Source: Deltaproteobacteria bacterium
Lineage (GTDB): Bacteria > Desulfobacterota_D > UBA1144 > Nemesobacterales > CSP1-2
DNA: 64,000 nt
NCBI GenBank assembly: GCA_052390235.1
Contig: JBQTHB010000006.1
Span: 32,001-96,000, forward strand
Reading direction: 5' to 3'
Shown here piece after piece: positions 18,634 to 29,461 of the stretch. Within the stretch, counting starts at the first letter, position 1. Each line of letters begins with the position of its first letter. The notes under the pieces were generated by a model. The model did no database searches. It was not told where the DNA came from and saw only the letters and a program-made list of their open reading frames with translations. The position numbers were made by a program, and so were the translations under genes.

Positions 18634-18650
18634 AGAGCGTTTTGTATTAA

Positions 18651-19880
18651 TTATCCTTCTATCAGCAGGGACTCAGGGTCTTCCACCAATTCTTTAACCT
18701 TCACTAGGAACTGCACCGCCTCTCTGCCGTCAACCATCCTGTGGTCGTAGCTGAGCGCGATGTACATCATCGGGCGCACTACTATCTCGCCCTTGACCGC
18801 CATCGGGCGGTCTTCAATTTTATGCAGTCCCAAGATGCCGACCTGTGGGGGATTGAGTATCGGCGTGCTCATAAGCGAGCCGAATACCCCGCCGTTGGTT
18901 ATAGTGAACGTGCCGCCGAGCATATCCTGTATGGTAAGAGTGCCCTTGTCGGCTTTGTCGGCGAAAACCTTAATGGCTTTTTCAATCTGCGCGAAGCTCA
19001 GGCGGTCTGCGTCTCTGATGACCGGCACGACTAGCCCTTCGGATGCTCCGATGGCGACTCCAATATCGTAGTAGTTTTTGAATATTACATCGTCGTCCTG
19101 AATCTCGCCGTTGATTTGCGGAAACGCCTTCAGCGCCCCGATGGAGGCTTTGATGAAGAATGAATTTAGCCCAAGCCCGACGCCGAACTTCTCTTTAAAC
19201 GAGTCCTTGCGGCGCTTTCTTAGATTCATCACCGCCGTCATATCTACTTCGTTGAACGTGGTGAGAATGGCGGCTGTGCGCTGAGCCTCGACCATTCTGC
19301 GGGCAATGGTGCGGCGGCGGCGCGTCATGCGGACTCTCTGCTCCCCCCTTGGGTCGGCGGTGTAAATCTGCAGGGGCGCGGCATCAGCCTTTTTCTGAGT
19401 ATCAATAGGGGCGGGTTTTGTCTCGGCGCGAACCTCGGCAAATTTTTCGACGTCTCCTTTCATCACCCTGCCGCTTGGGCCCGTAGCCGGCACTTTGGAC
19501 GTATCCACGCCAAGCTCTTTAGCGGTGTTTGCGGCAACCGGCGTTACCTTTGCCGCTGTTTCATGCGCTACCGGGGCCTGTTTTACCTGCTCCGCCGGTT
19601 TCGGCTCTGCGGCGGCTGTCTTTGCTTCGGCAGCAGCGCCCTCGGCTAATACTCCAAGCACGTCGCCGACTCTCACGTCCTGACCTGCGGGCTTTTCAAT
19701 CCTCGCCAGCACCCCAGTCTGTTCAGAGGCGACCTCAAAATTAGCCTTTTCCGTCTCAAGCTCAACAACAGACTCGCCGATGGAGACCTTTTCACCCTCT
19801 TTCTTCAACCACCTAAGCACCGTCGCTTCCACAACGGATTCACTTAACTGCGGAACAACTATATTAATTGGCATCTTCAT
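18651..19880 (-). CDS. sucB: 2-oxoglutarate dehydrogenase E2, dihydrolipoyllysine succinyltransferase
   Basis: Lipoyl domain [32 protein letters not shown]. Confidence 0.96.
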   Translation of the reverse strand: MKMPINIVVPQLSESVVEATVLRWLKKEGEKVSIGESVVELETEKANFEVASEQTGVLARIEKPAGQDVRVGDVLGVLAEGAAAEAKTAAAEPKPAEQVKQAPVAHETAAKVTPVAANTAKELGVDTSKVPATGPSGRVMKGDVEKFAEVRAETKPAPIDTQKKADAAPLQIYTADPRGEQRVRMTRRRRTIARRMVEAQRTAAILTTFNEVDMTAVMNLRKRRKDSFKEKFGVGLGLNSFFIKASIGALKAFPQINGEIQDDDVIFKNYYDIGVAIGASEGLVVPVIRDADRLSFAQIEKAIKVFADKADKGTLTIQDMLGGTFTITNGGVFGSLMSTPILNPPQVGILGLHKIEDRPMAVKGEIVVRPMMYIALSYDHRMVDGREAVQFLVKVKELVEDPESLLIEG

Positions 19881-19890
19881 CGCTCCTCAA

Positions 19891-22704
19891 CTACACATTT
19901 TTTAAGTTTAAAACTCCCTTCTGTTTAATCTCCAGTTTCATGTTATAAGCAAGCTGCACTATGGCATCCTGATTCACCTTGTGCATTGACGCAAAGCCTT
20001 CGGCGGGGCTTGAATTCCTAGAGCGCCCTATGTAATGCAGTGGGTAGTCGCCGGCTATAATTTTTCTCAGCCTCGGATACATATACGCCCACGCCCCCAT
20101 GTTCTCCGGCTCCTCCTGAAGCCACACGACCTCTTTGAGCTTCGGGTATCCTTTGATAATCTGAGTTATCTCGTCCGCCGGAAGCGAATAGAGTTGCTCC
20201 ACGCGAGCTATGGCGATGTCCGGGCTTTTATCCCGAAGTTCGCTCGAAACCAGATCCACATACACCTTGCCGCTGCACAGTATCAGGCGGCGCACTTTAT
20301 CCGCCCTTTCGCGGGCTTTATCGTCGTTAATCACGGGCACCCACTTGCCTTCGGAAAACGCCCTAAGCGGCGATGCCACAAGCGGGTGCCTGAGGAGTCC
20401 TTTCGGGGTCATGATAATGAGCGGCAGCGGGTCGGTCTTAAGAAGCAGGGCTTGCCTTCTGAGTAGGTGAAAGTACTGGGCAGAGGTGGTGCAATTGGCA
20501 ACGCGCATATTTATCTCGGCGCACAGCTCGAGGAATCTCTCAAGGCGTCCGCTGCAGTGGTCTGGACCCTGCCCCTCGTAGGCGTGCGGGAGCATAAGCG
20601 CTAGGGATGGGGTCTGCCCCCATTTCGCCCTTGCCGAGGTAACAAATTCATCAATTATCGTGTGCGCCCCATTGATAAAATCCCCGTACTGCGCCTCCCA
20701 AAGCACCAGTCTTCCCGGCTCCTGAATGTTATAACCGTATTCAAATCCAATCGTCGCGTTCTCGGTAAGCGGGCTATTATGCACTTCAAAAGCCGCGCTC
20801 GCCTCCGCAAACGACTGAAGCGGGGCGAATCTCCTGCCATTTTTAGCGTCGCTTAGGACACAGTGGCGCTGGCTATAAGTGCCGCGCTCGGAATCCTGCC
20901 CGGTGAGCCGGATGGATATGCCGTCGGCTAGGATTGAGGCAAAGGCAAGTTCCTCGCCCTGAGACCAGTCAATTGACGCCTCATCGGGATTATCAAGGGC
21001 TTTTTTCTTCCTCTCGAACCCGCGCACGAGCTTTGGGTGAATAGTAAACCCCTCTGGCAGGGTCGTTAGAGATTTATTGATGGCTCTGAGCGACTCGGCG
21101 GGAACGGCGGTTTTCGTTTTCTTCGCAAGCCCGGTCGGCGGCGGTATGGGAATGCCCTCCTCGGCGGCTATTGCGGCTTCAGGGGATTCAAAAGCGGCGT
21201 GGAGTTCTTTGGTTGATTTACTAATTAGCTCTTCGGCGAAATCTCTGGTAATTTCCCCGCGGGCGATGAGCTTATTAGCCCATATCTCCCTTGCCGTCGG
21301 ATGCTTGTCAATAACCTGATACATTAGCGGCTGAGTGAATGACGGCTCGTCCGCCTCGTTGTGTCCGTGCCTGCGGTAGCCGACAAGGTCAATGAGGAAG
21401 TCCTTTCTGAATTTGGCGAAATAGCCGAATGCCATGCGCACTGCCTCGATGCAAGCCTCCGGGTCGTCGGCGTTAACGTGAATTATCGGTATATCGAACC
21501 CTTTGGCGAGGTCGCTGGCGTACAGAGTGCTTCGGCTGGACTCGGGGTTTGTCGTGTAGCCGAGTTGGTTATTGGTAATGATGTGAATTGTGCCTCCGGT
21601 GGTGTATCCCCTAAGGCGCGAGAGGTTAAGGGTCTCGGCTACAATTCCCTGCCCCTGAAATGCGGCGTCTCCGTGAACGATAAGGGGGAGCGTAATTCTG
21701 TAGTCAAAATCCGGCGCTCCGGCTTTATTGACCTTTGTTCCAGCGGCGCGCGCCATGCCCTGAATCACGGGGTTTACGGCTTCCAGGTGGCTCGGGTTCG
21801 GCGCAAGTGTTACGACGAGGTCAATTTGTCTGCCGTTTCTGACCGACCTTCTGGCGGATTCGTGATATTTCACATCGCCCGTCCAGCCGATGTCGTCTTT
21901 AAACACGCTAACCGGGTCTTTGAATTTCGCAATCATCTTGGCGTAGGGTTTATTTAGGACGTGCGTCATCACATTGAGCCTGCCCCTGTGCGCCATGCCG
22001 ACAAGGACGTTCACAATACCCGACTCAGCAGAATCCCCGATGAGTTCGTCGAGCATCGGGACGAGCATATCCACTCCTTCGATGGAGAAACGGAATTTGC
22101 CCGGGAACATCTTGTGCAGAAATCTCTCGAACATCTCCACTTGGGTGAGCCTCTCAAGCAGTCCCCTGAGGTTTATCGGGTCTTTTGGGTGGCGGTAAGC
22201 GCCGGCTTCGGAGGCGTCCATGAGCCAGTCGCGCTCTTCGCGGATGTTGATATGCTCAAAATCGTAGCCAATGGAGGAGGAATGAATCCGCCTGAGCGCC
22301 TCGATAGCCTCAAGGGCGTTTGCGGCGCGCACGGCAACGGGCCCTGCGACGAGGCTCGCGGGAAGGGCGCGCAGGTCGTCTTCGGTGAGTCCGTAGGTTT
22401 TCATATCAATTGAATAATCCCCCGGAGGCGGAGTCCCAAGCGGGTCTATGTGGGCGGCGAGGTTGCCAAATTTGCGGATGGACTCGGCGAGATTGGCAAC
22501 GCCTGCAATTTTATTTAAGTTGATATTGCTGAGGTTTGCAGGGGATGCCATTTTAGCGGCTTCGTCCTCTTCGCGGGCAGGTTTGAAATTAGCAAAATAC
22601 GCCACTGTCGCTGAATCCACGGAATTGGGATCCTCCAAGTAGCGATCATAAAGCTCTAGTATATAACCCAAGTTGGGTCCGTGAAAATCACTTCTAATAT
22701 TCAT
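19891..22704 (-). CDS. sucA: 2-oxoglutarate dehydrogenase E1
   Basis: GMAHRGRLN, GDVKYH, HGDAAF, GHNEADEP, WEAQYGDF, WLQEEPENMGAW. Confidence 0.97.
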   Translation of the reverse strand: MNIRSDFHGPNLGYILELYDRYLEDPNSVDSATVAYFANFKPAREEDEAAKMASPANLSNINLNKIAGVANLAESIRKFGNLAAHIDPLGTPPPGDYSIDMKTYGLTEDDLRALPASLVAGPVAVRAANALEAIEALRRIHSSSIGYDFEHINIREERDWLMDASEAGAYRHPKDPINLRGLLERLTQVEMFERFLHKMFPGKFRFSIEGVDMLVPMLDELIGDSAESGIVNVLVGMAHRGRLNVMTHVLNKPYAKMIAKFKDPVSVFKDDIGWTGDVKYHESARRSVRNGRQIDLVVTLAPNPSHLEAVNPVIQGMARAAGTKVNKAGAPDFDYRITLPLIVHGDAAFQGQGIVAETLNLSRLRGYTTGGTIHIITNNQLGYTTNPESSRSTLYASDLAKGFDIPIIHVNADDPEACIEAVRMAFGYFAKFRKDFLIDLVGYRRHGHNEADEPSFTQPLMYQVIDKHPTAREIWANKLIARGEITRDFAEELISKSTKELHAAFESPEAAIAAEEGIPIPPPTGLAKKTKTAVPAESLRAINKSLTTLPEGFTIHPKLVRGFERKKKALDNPDEASIDWSQGEELAFASILADGISIRLTGQDSERGTYSQRHCVLSDAKNGRRFAPLQSFAEASAAFEVHNSPLTENATIGFEYGYNIQEPGRLVLWEAQYGDFINGAHTIIDEFVTSARAKWGQTPSLALMLPHAYEGQGPDHCSGRLERFLELCAEINMRVANCTTSAQYFHLLRRQALLLKTDPLPLIIMTPKGLLRHPLVASPLRAFSEGKWVPVINDDKARERADKVRRLILCSGKVYVDLVSSELRDKSPDIAIARVEQLYSLPADEITQIIKGYPKLKEVVWLQEEPENMGAWAYMYPRLRKIIAGDYPLHYIGRSRNSSPAEGFASMHKVNQDAIVQLAYNMKLEIKQKGVLNLKNV

Positions 22705-22956
22705 GGCTCTCCTGAGGATTCTTTATTTAAAAAAGCGCAGAAATGTCGAAATAATAGCATAAATTGATTTATAGTAAATAATTATGATAACCCAAAACGA
22801 CTTACATTATAGCACAATTCGAGGCTCTGCAAAGCTCGCGCGCCCCCGCCGATAGGCCTCGAATCTATGTTTTTCCCAACCCCCACATCGCCGCAATTTC
22901 GGGGCTTTTTTCATGGTAAAATAACGCAAAATCGCTCCCCAAGGAGACCCCCGCTC

Positions 22957-23751
22957 ATGACAAAATCCCCCGAGCTGATTGCCGAGAGCGTCGGCGGCAT
23001 CTGCACCGTTACCATCCACAGGCCCGACAAGAGAAACTCCCTTACGCCCGACATCCTGCTGCGGCTCGCCTCGATGCTACGCGAGATGGAAAGCGGGCCG
23101 GCAAGGTGCGTCGTCCTCAGAGGCTCAGGCGATAAGGCATTCTCCTCTGGCTACGACATCTCGGCAATAGGGAAAATCGAGAACGATATGATGCGAGACT
23201 ATCAAGACGACCACCCCCTCACCCTAGCAAACCGCGCCATTGAGAGCCATCCCGCGCCCGTTATAGCGATGATAAACGGCTACGCCTTCGGGGCGGGGCT
23301 TGAGCTTGCCCTAAGCTGCGATATTAGAATCTGCGCCGATACGGCAATCCTGGGGATGCCCCCGGCAAGGCTCGGAGTTACGTACAGCTACGAGGGGATT
23401 AGGAAATTTCTAAATCTCATCGGGCTTGGCTACGCAAAAGAGATGTTCCTCACGGGCAGAAGCGTTGACGCCCCGAAGGCAGAGCGCATGGGACTTGTCA
23501 ACTATATCCGGCCGGCGGCGGAACTCGAAGCGTTCACCTACGCAATGGCCAGAGAGATTGAGGGGAACGCCCCGCTTTCCATGAGCGCGATGAAGGGGAT
23601 GATAAACTCGTGGCAGAGGAATCAGCGCCCCTCCGAGCAGGACGAGGAGGCGATAAAAGCTCTCATCGGGCGCGTGCAAGAGAGCGAGGATTACAGGGAA
23701 GGGCAGAGGGCTTTTGCCGAGAAGAGAAAGCCCCGCTTTACCGGAAGCTAG
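22957..23751 (+). CDS. Enoyl-CoA hydratase/isomerase (crotonase) family
   Basis: FSSGYDI, AMINGYAFGAGLELALSCD, GMPPARLG (second catalytic Glu absent), AFAEKRKPRF; RBS AAGGAG before ATG 22957. Confidence 0.92.
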   Translation: MTKSPELIAESVGGICTVTIHRPDKRNSLTPDILLRLASMLREMESGPARCVVLRGSGDKAFSSGYDISAIGKIENDMMRDYQDDHPLTLANRAIESHPAPVIAMINGYAFGAGLELALSCDIRICADTAILGMPPARLGVTYSYEGIRKFLNLIGLGYAKEMFLTGRSVDAPKAERMGLVNYIRPAAELEAFTYAMAREIEGNAPLSMSAMKGMINSWQRNQRPSEQDEEAIKALIGRVQESEDYREGQRAFAEKRKPRFTGS

Positions 23752-23819
23752 GGCGCGGCGGCGGCAGATAGCGAGACAAATTCATCGGTTACGGGCGCTT
23801 GCTTTAATTGAAGCGAGCG

Positions 23820-23828
23820 TGCTATAAT
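23820..23828 (+). promoter_or_regulatory. Extended -10 promoter of the Dam-like RM cassette
   Basis: TGcTATAAT, perfect extended -10, about 35 nt before ATG 23863. Confidence 0.6.
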
Positions 23829-23862
23829 CGAGCGCGTAGCCCCGCGATATAGGCTTAGCCAG

Positions 23863-24825
23863 ATGAAACAAATTAATCTCCCGCTAAATCTCATCGAATT
23901 AGAAAAAGTAAAAACCTACGAGCCAAGGGTTAAACCTTTTGTTAAATGGGCGGGCGGCAAGACTCAGCTTTTGGGGCAGATAGCAGGGGTTTTCCCCGCC
24001 GCACTGAAGTCGGGAGTGATCAAAAAATACGCGGAACCGTTTGTGGGAAGCGGCGCGGTTTTCTTTCATATAATCCAAAACTATCACGTTAAAAAATCTT
24101 TTATTTCGGACTCTAGCCAAGAGCTTATTTTGACCTATCTCGCAGTACAGCGGCGCGTTGAATCAGTGATTGATCATCTGGAGGCTATAGAGCGGGACTA
24201 TCACAAACTAAGCTATGAGCGGCAGAGGAATTTTTTCTACGGCGTCCGCTCCGATTTTAATCGCAATATGGCGGAGATTGATTCCCTTGAACCGAATGTT
24301 GAACAAGCGGCTCGTTTTATTTTCTTAAATCGCACCTGCTATAACGGCTTGTTTAGGGTTAATTCTAAAGGCGCGTTTAATGTCCCCTTTGGCAGCTATA
24401 AGAATCCGCAAATCTGCTTCCCCAAAACGCTACGAGACGCCGCTCAAGCCCTGCAAAATGTGGAAATTCACTGTGGCGACTTTACCCTCTGCCGAGGCTT
24501 CGTTGACAGTGATAGTTTCGTCTATTTTGATCCACCTTACAGACCGATTAGTCAAACATCGAGTTTTAACTCGTATCAGCGAATAGACTTCGGGGACAGA
24601 TCTCAAATCAGACTAGCCGACTTTTTTCGTGAGCTTCACCAAACTGAAGCTAAGTTAATGCTGAGCAATTCCGACCAGCAGAACCGCGAGGGCAATAGTA
24701 ATTTTTTTGAGACCGTTTACAGCGGCTTTAAGATACATAGAGTTTTAGCCAGCCGCATGATCAATTCCAACGGCGGTAAGAGAGGGAAAATTACGGAGTT
24801 ATTAATTACCAATTATGAAACCTGA
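23863..24825 (+). CDS. Dam-family (alpha-class N6-adenine) DNA methyltransferase, probably GATC
   Basis: PFVKWAGGKTQL, EPFVGSGAV, FLNRTCYNGLFRVN, FNVPFG, YFDPPY. Confidence 0.92.
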   Translation: MKQINLPLNLIELEKVKTYEPRVKPFVKWAGGKTQLLGQIAGVFPAALKSGVIKKYAEPFVGSGAVFFHIIQNYHVKKSFISDSSQELILTYLAVQRRVESVIDHLEAIERDYHKLSYERQRNFFYGVRSDFNRNMAEIDSLEPNVEQAARFIFLNRTCYNGLFRVNSKGAFNVPFGSYKNPQICFPKTLRDAAQALQNVEIHCGDFTLCRGFVDSDSFVYFDPPYRPISQTSSFNSYQRIDFGDRSQIRLADFFRELHQTEAKLMLSNSDQQNREGNSNFFETVYSGFKIHRVLASRMINSNGGKRGKITELLITNYET

Positions 24826-25606
24826 AAATCTCAGACCCAGCGATGTTGCATGGCAGGCAATTTTTGACCGGTACAAAATAGGAGAGCATAATTTTGAACG
24901 CGAGCAGTTCCCACTGACGGCGGAACAAATCAAAGATGCCACGAGACAGTTTAAAACCACGGGACAGAGAGAAGCGCGCATCCTCTGCAAGCAAGACACT
25001 AGAGAATCCAGGCCTTCTGTATTTCAAAAAAATGGGCTTTTTATTCTTCCCGTCAAAAACGGCAATTATATAATTGTAAAGGGCGAAGGCTATGTTGATC
25101 TGCCTGTTATCACAGAGATAACTCAGATCTATTTCTCGAAACTCGGCTTCAAGCCCGCTACTTCCGCCATCGGCAATTCGGAAATGCAGTACCTAGATTT
25201 CGCATACGCCGCGAGTTTAATTCGCACTTTTATGGATGACGATAGCCTAGCGCTAACTATCAGGGGACGCAAATACACCCCTAGATTCAGTTTTTCAGTT
25301 GGAAGCCAAAGCATAACGGTTGAAAGTGTTCAAACCGAGGTTGACGCAGGTTATGAGGGAGAGAATCAAGTGGTTTTAGTCGAGGCAAAGGGCGGCGGGG
25401 CGAGTAATACGATAATTCGCCAACTGTATTATCCCCTTCGGCAATGGACAGAGCATCTGAGGCGAGCCAGCATTCAAAAGTCGGTATCTACTATATTTTT
25501 TGAGAAGCAAGGCGGCGAATACCTGCTGTGGCAATTTCGATTTTCTGAGGAAAGTGATTATAACTCAATAGAGCTTGTGCGATCCGGCAAATTTGAGATT
25601 CTTTGA
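24815..25606 (+). CDS. Putative type II restriction endonuclease (PD-(D/E)XK), intact
   Basis: Overlaps MTase stop; QTEVDAGYEGENQVVLVEAK, IRQLYYP. Confidence 0.7.
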   Translation: MKPENLRPSDVAWQAIFDRYKIGEHNFEREQFPLTAEQIKDATRQFKTTGQREARILCKQDTRESRPSVFQKNGLFILPVKNGNYIIVKGEGYVDLPVITEITQIYFSKLGFKPATSAIGNSEMQYLDFAYAASLIRTFMDDDSLALTIRGRKYTPRFSFSVGSQSITVESVQTEVDAGYEGENQVVLVEAKGGGASNTIIRQLYYPLRQWTEHLRRASIQKSVSTIFFEKQGGEYLLWQFRFSEESDYNSIELVRSGKFEIL

Positions 25607-25659
25607 TAATGGCACAATTAACCGCAAAAGCAGGAATCATATATGGGGATTCATCAGTG

Positions 25660-26601
25660 ATGCAGAAATTGCGCGTAAATAAATCCGATACCACAATAGG
25701 ATGGATTGGCACGGGGATAATGGGCGCGCCGATGTGCGGGCATATCATCGCATCGGGATTCAGCGCCGTCGTCTATAATAAAACTAAAGAGAGGGCGTCA
25801 GGGTTAATCGAAGCCGGAGCGGCGTGGGCGGCGTCCCCGAGGGAGGTTGCCGAGCGGGCAGATGTGATTTTCACCATCGTGGGATTCCCCGAAGACGTGA
25901 GAGAGGTCTATTTCGCAGAGCGGGGGATTCTCCGGGGCGCAAGGGCGGGGAGCATAGCAGTTGATATGACCACGACTGAGCCGTCGCTTGCTAAGGAAAT
26001 TTACGAGGCGGCAGGGGCGATGGGTGTTTCGACGATTGACGCTCCCGTTTCAGGCGGGGACGTGGGGGCGAGAGCGGCGAGGCTATCCATAATGGTCGGA
26101 GGGGATAGAAATACCGCCGACGCGCTGATGCCACTATTCGAGCTAATGGGGCGGAATATCGTCTATCAGGGCGGGGCAGGCGCGGGACAGCACGCGAAAA
26201 TGTGCAATCAGATTGTGGCGGCGGGCAATATGATTGGGCTATGTGAGAGCCTAGTCTATGCGCGGCGGTGCGGAATTGACCCCTATCGGATGCTCGAATC
26301 CACGACAAAAGGGGCGGCTAACTCGTGGCTTCTGGAAAACCTCTCTCCGAAAATTATCAGAGGAGACTTAGCCCCGGGATTTTTCGTCGAGCATTTCATC
26401 AAGGATATGGACATCGCCCTGCGGGAGGCCGAACGGATGGGTATCACACTACCCGGACTTGCTCTGGTGAAATCCCTCTATATGAAATTGAGAGATATGG
26501 GACACGGGCGGCTAGGCGCTCAGGCGCTTGTTTTAGCATTAGATGACATCTCAAATAACCCTCAGAACGACGCTGCGAATCACTATAGAATTCTCGGCTA
26601 A
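25660..26601 (+). CDS. NAD(P)-dependent beta-hydroxyacid dehydrogenase (GarR/MmsB family)
   Basis: IGWIGTGIMG, DAPVSGGDVGA, GQHAKMCNQ, HFIKDM; start uncertain (25603-25660). Confidence 0.9.
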   Translation: MQKLRVNKSDTTIGWIGTGIMGAPMCGHIIASGFSAVVYNKTKERASGLIEAGAAWAASPREVAERADVIFTIVGFPEDVREVYFAERGILRGARAGSIAVDMTTTEPSLAKEIYEAAGAMGVSTIDAPVSGGDVGARAARLSIMVGGDRNTADALMPLFELMGRNIVYQGGAGAGQHAKMCNQIVAAGNMIGLCESLVYARRCGIDPYRMLESTTKGAANSWLLENLSPKIIRGDLAPGFFVEHFIKDMDIALREAERMGITLPGLALVKSLYMKLRDMGHGRLGAQALVLALDDISNNPQNDAANHYRILG

Positions 26602-26616
26602 AGCGCCATCCCGAAG

Positions 26617-27528
26617 TTAACTTCCGTAGCCGAATTCCCGTATCAGGTTTGGATCGTCCGACCACCGCTCCTTGACCTTCACCCAAAGCTCTAGGAACAC
26701 CTTTGCGCCTAACACTCTCTCGATGTCAGCCCGCGCGAGGCTTCCAACCTGCTTGAGCATCTCTCCTTTTTTGCCGATGATGATTCCCTTGTGATTATCG
26801 CGCTCAACGTAGATTACGGCTGAGATTCTCACCAACTTCTTATCGTCGGCGGCATCCTCGAAGCTCTCAATGACGACAGCCGTCTTATAGGGAATCTCCT
26901 CGCGGGTGAGGCTGAAGATCTTCTCACGGATGAACTCGGCGGCGATAAATCTCTCAGGCTGGTCTGTGATCATCTCGTCGGGGAAGAATTTTGGGCCCGG
27001 CTCGGTGTATTTGATGATAGTCGAGAGCAAATCCCCGATGCCGTCGGAGGCGAGAGCCGAAATCGGGACGACTTCGAGAAATTTCCCCCCGAATCTCTGC
27101 GATTCGGCGATGATGTCGAGAATCGCCCCTTTTCTTATGGTATCAATTTTATTTATTACGAGGATGGCGGGCTTCGGCAGATTTTCAATAATAAACGCAT
27201 CCCCCCTGCCGAAAGGCTCATCCACTTCTATCATCATCACGATGACGTCGGCTTCCGAGATGGCGTTCATGGCGGTCTGAACCATCGCGCGCCCAAGATA
27301 CCCCTTAGCCTTGTGAATGCCCGGCGTGTCTAGGAACACAAGCTGGACATCGGGAAGGGTTTTTATGCCTAGGACGCGGTTTCGCGTGGTGTTGGGTCTG
27401 TTGGAGACGGCGGCGATTTTCTCGCCCACTAGGGCATTGAGAAGCGTGGATTTGCCGACGTTCGGCCTGCCAACTATCGAGACAAAGCCTGAGCGGAAAT
27501 TGTTTTCATCGCGTGTTTCTTCATTCAT
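26617..27528 (-). CDS. era: GTPase Era
   Basis: GRPNVGKSTL, DTPG, NKID, KH domain IIIGKKG, VFLELWVKV. Confidence 0.97.
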   Translation of the reverse strand: MNEETRDENNFRSGFVSIVGRPNVGKSTLLNALVGEKIAAVSNRPNTTRNRVLGIKTLPDVQLVFLDTPGIHKAKGYLGRAMVQTAMNAISEADVIVMMIEVDEPFGRGDAFIIENLPKPAILVINKIDTIRKGAILDIIAESQRFGGKFLEVVPISALASDGIGDLLSTIIKYTEPGPKFFPDEMITDQPERFIAAEFIREKIFSLTREEIPYKTAVVIESFEDAADDKKLVRISAVIYVERDNHKGIIIGKKGEMLKQVGSLARADIERVLGAKVFLELWVKVKERWSDDPNLIREFGYGS

Positions 27529-27743
27529 AGAGGGGAATTATATCCGCGAATGCCGAGAGTGGGAAATTGGAGGGGAGTAGCCGCGGACAGAGCCGAATCG
27601 GTATCGCGCAGGACTAGCTCGCCGGCACATATAGGAGCAACAATATGAGCCAAGTCGTTGACGAGGCAATTTAGCCCTGACAGAAGCTCACAACCAAGCG
27701 AGGAGCCGAGCGGCGTTATAGCCGTGGTCTGTTAAGTTAAATT

Positions 27744-29225
27744 TCAGCTCGAATACCAATCAAAAGTGGTATCAGCTAGGTTCATCGTTACCTGCTTGGG
27801 CTCGGTGTATTCATAGGCGGCACTCCTGCCGAGGTCGCTGCCGAAGCCGCTCATCTTGACCCCTCCCCACGGGAGCTGGCTAAAGACCATCTGCGATGAG
27901 TTGACCCAGACGACTCCTGCCTGAATCTCTCTAGCAACGCGGTGCGCCCTGCTCAAATCCTTCGTGAATACCGCTCCCGCAAGACCGTACCTGCTCTGGT
28001 TTGCGATTTGTACGGCCTGCCGCTCATCGCCGAATTTCATGACCGCAAGCACGGGCGCGAAAATCTCTTCCCGCGCTATCGTCATATCCGCTGAAACGTC
28101 TGTGAAAATCGTGGGAGCGAGATAAAACCCCCGCCGAAGCTCCCCGCCGTCGAGCCGCCTTCCGCCTGATACGAGCCTAGCCCCCTCTCGCCTGCCGGTT
28201 TCTATATAGCCAAGAGCGTGTATGAGCTGTCTGCCGGAGATGAGGGTTGCCATCTGCGTAGCCTCATCCTCTGGATTGCCAATTTTTATCCCCTCGGCGA
28301 GTTTTACCAATTCCCCAACGAAGCGGTCGTGGATGCTCTCATGCACTATGAGCCTAGATGTTGCCGAACACATCTGCCCCTGATTGGCGAATATCCCGAA
28401 CGCGCTCCAGCGGACGGCGTTATCTAAATCGGCATCGGGAAAAACGATGGCGGCGGATTTCCCTCCCAGCTCAAGCGAGAGCCTTTTGACACTCTCCGAT
28501 GCGGCGCGCATGACTTTTTTGCCCGTATGAAGACTCCCTGTAAACGCGATTTTATCCACATTTTCATCAGATGCGATGCAAGAGCCGACCTCGCCCGCTC
28601 CCGTAACAATATTGACAACGCCCGGAGGGAATCCCGCTTGAGCGATGAATTCGCCGAGCCGAAGAGCCGTAAGAGGGGTAAGCTCGGATGGCTTCAGCAC
28701 GGAGCAATTTCCGGTTGCAAGAGCCGGAGCGAGCTTCCATGCCGCCATCAGAAGGGGATAATTCCACGGGATAATTTGAGCTATGACGCCGATAGGCTCC
28801 CTGAGAGTCATAGCAAAGACGTTGGCATCCGGCGTTGGGATAACTTCCCCCGAAATTTTATCGGCAAGTCCGGCGAAGAACTCAAAGCACGAGGCGGCAT
28901 CTTCAACATCAACCCTCGCCTCCCTTATGGGTTTGCCTGAATTTCTGGTCTCCGCAAGAGCCAGTTCGGCGGCGGCCGCTCTAATGGATTCGGCAACTCT
29001 GAGCAGAAGCCTGCCGCGTTCAGGTTGAGGGGTACGCCTCCATTTGCCCTCGTCAAATGCGCGCCTAGCCGCAAGAGCCGCCGCTCGGACATCCTCGGCG
29101 GAGGCAACGGGAACGCGGGCAATGACATCTCCCGTTGCGGGATTGATGATTGGCGAGACCTCGCCCGCGCTTGAAGAAACCCACTTGCCGCCGATAAACA
29201 TACGGCGCTCGATTATATCTGCCAT
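27744..29225 (-). CDS. Aldehyde dehydrogenase (betaine-aldehyde dehydrogenase-like)
   Basis: IIPWNYP, LKPSE, FTGS, LELGGKS, NQGQMCSATSR, EEIFAPV. Confidence 0.93.
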   Translation of the reverse strand: MADIIERRMFIGGKWVSSSAGEVSPIINPATGDVIARVPVASAEDVRAAALAARRAFDEGKWRRTPQPERGRLLLRVAESIRAAAAELALAETRNSGKPIREARVDVEDAASCFEFFAGLADKISGEVIPTPDANVFAMTLREPIGVIAQIIPWNYPLLMAAWKLAPALATGNCSVLKPSELTPLTALRLGEFIAQAGFPPGVVNIVTGAGEVGSCIASDENVDKIAFTGSLHTGKKVMRAASESVKRLSLELGGKSAAIVFPDADLDNAVRWSAFGIFANQGQMCSATSRLIVHESIHDRFVGELVKLAEGIKIGNPEDEATQMATLISGRQLIHALGYIETGRREGARLVSGGRRLDGGELRRGFYLAPTIFTDVSADMTIAREEIFAPVLAVMKFGDERQAVQIANQSRYGLAGAVFTKDLSRAHRVAREIQAGVVWVNSSQMVFSQLPWGGVKMSGFGSDLGRSAAYEYTEPKQVTMNLADTTFDWYSS

Positions 29226-29416
29226 CGTAGCTCTCCCGCGCTAGAAGTACCATCTAACCATGATTGTGCGCCATTGCTCGCATATCGATTTGGAGCAAAA
29301 ACTTACAGATTTCCCGCTAAAGTTTACGCTGAGACCATTGCGATCCCCACAGACGATGCCAACCCCGATTTAAGGGGTTAATCCCGACCTAAGCCAAACT
29401 CCCACGCGCCTATTCC

Positions 29417-29452
29417 TTGCCAAATCCGCCGTAAAGGTTAACATTTTACGGC
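29417..29452 (+). promoter_or_regulatory. aspS promoter overlapped by a 25-bp near-palindrome
   Basis: TTGCCA-16-TAACAT; GCCGTAAAGGTTAACATTTTACGGC at 29428-29452. Confidence 0.45.
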
Positions 29453-29461
29453 TATTTATAA

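Noticed and set aside
23863..24825. Calling this gene housekeeping dam
   Set aside because: It is coupled to a nuclease and core genes appear GATC-depleted, which fits an RM role
27529..27743. Intergenic gap as an ncRNA
   Set aside because: No recognisable motif or convincing structure
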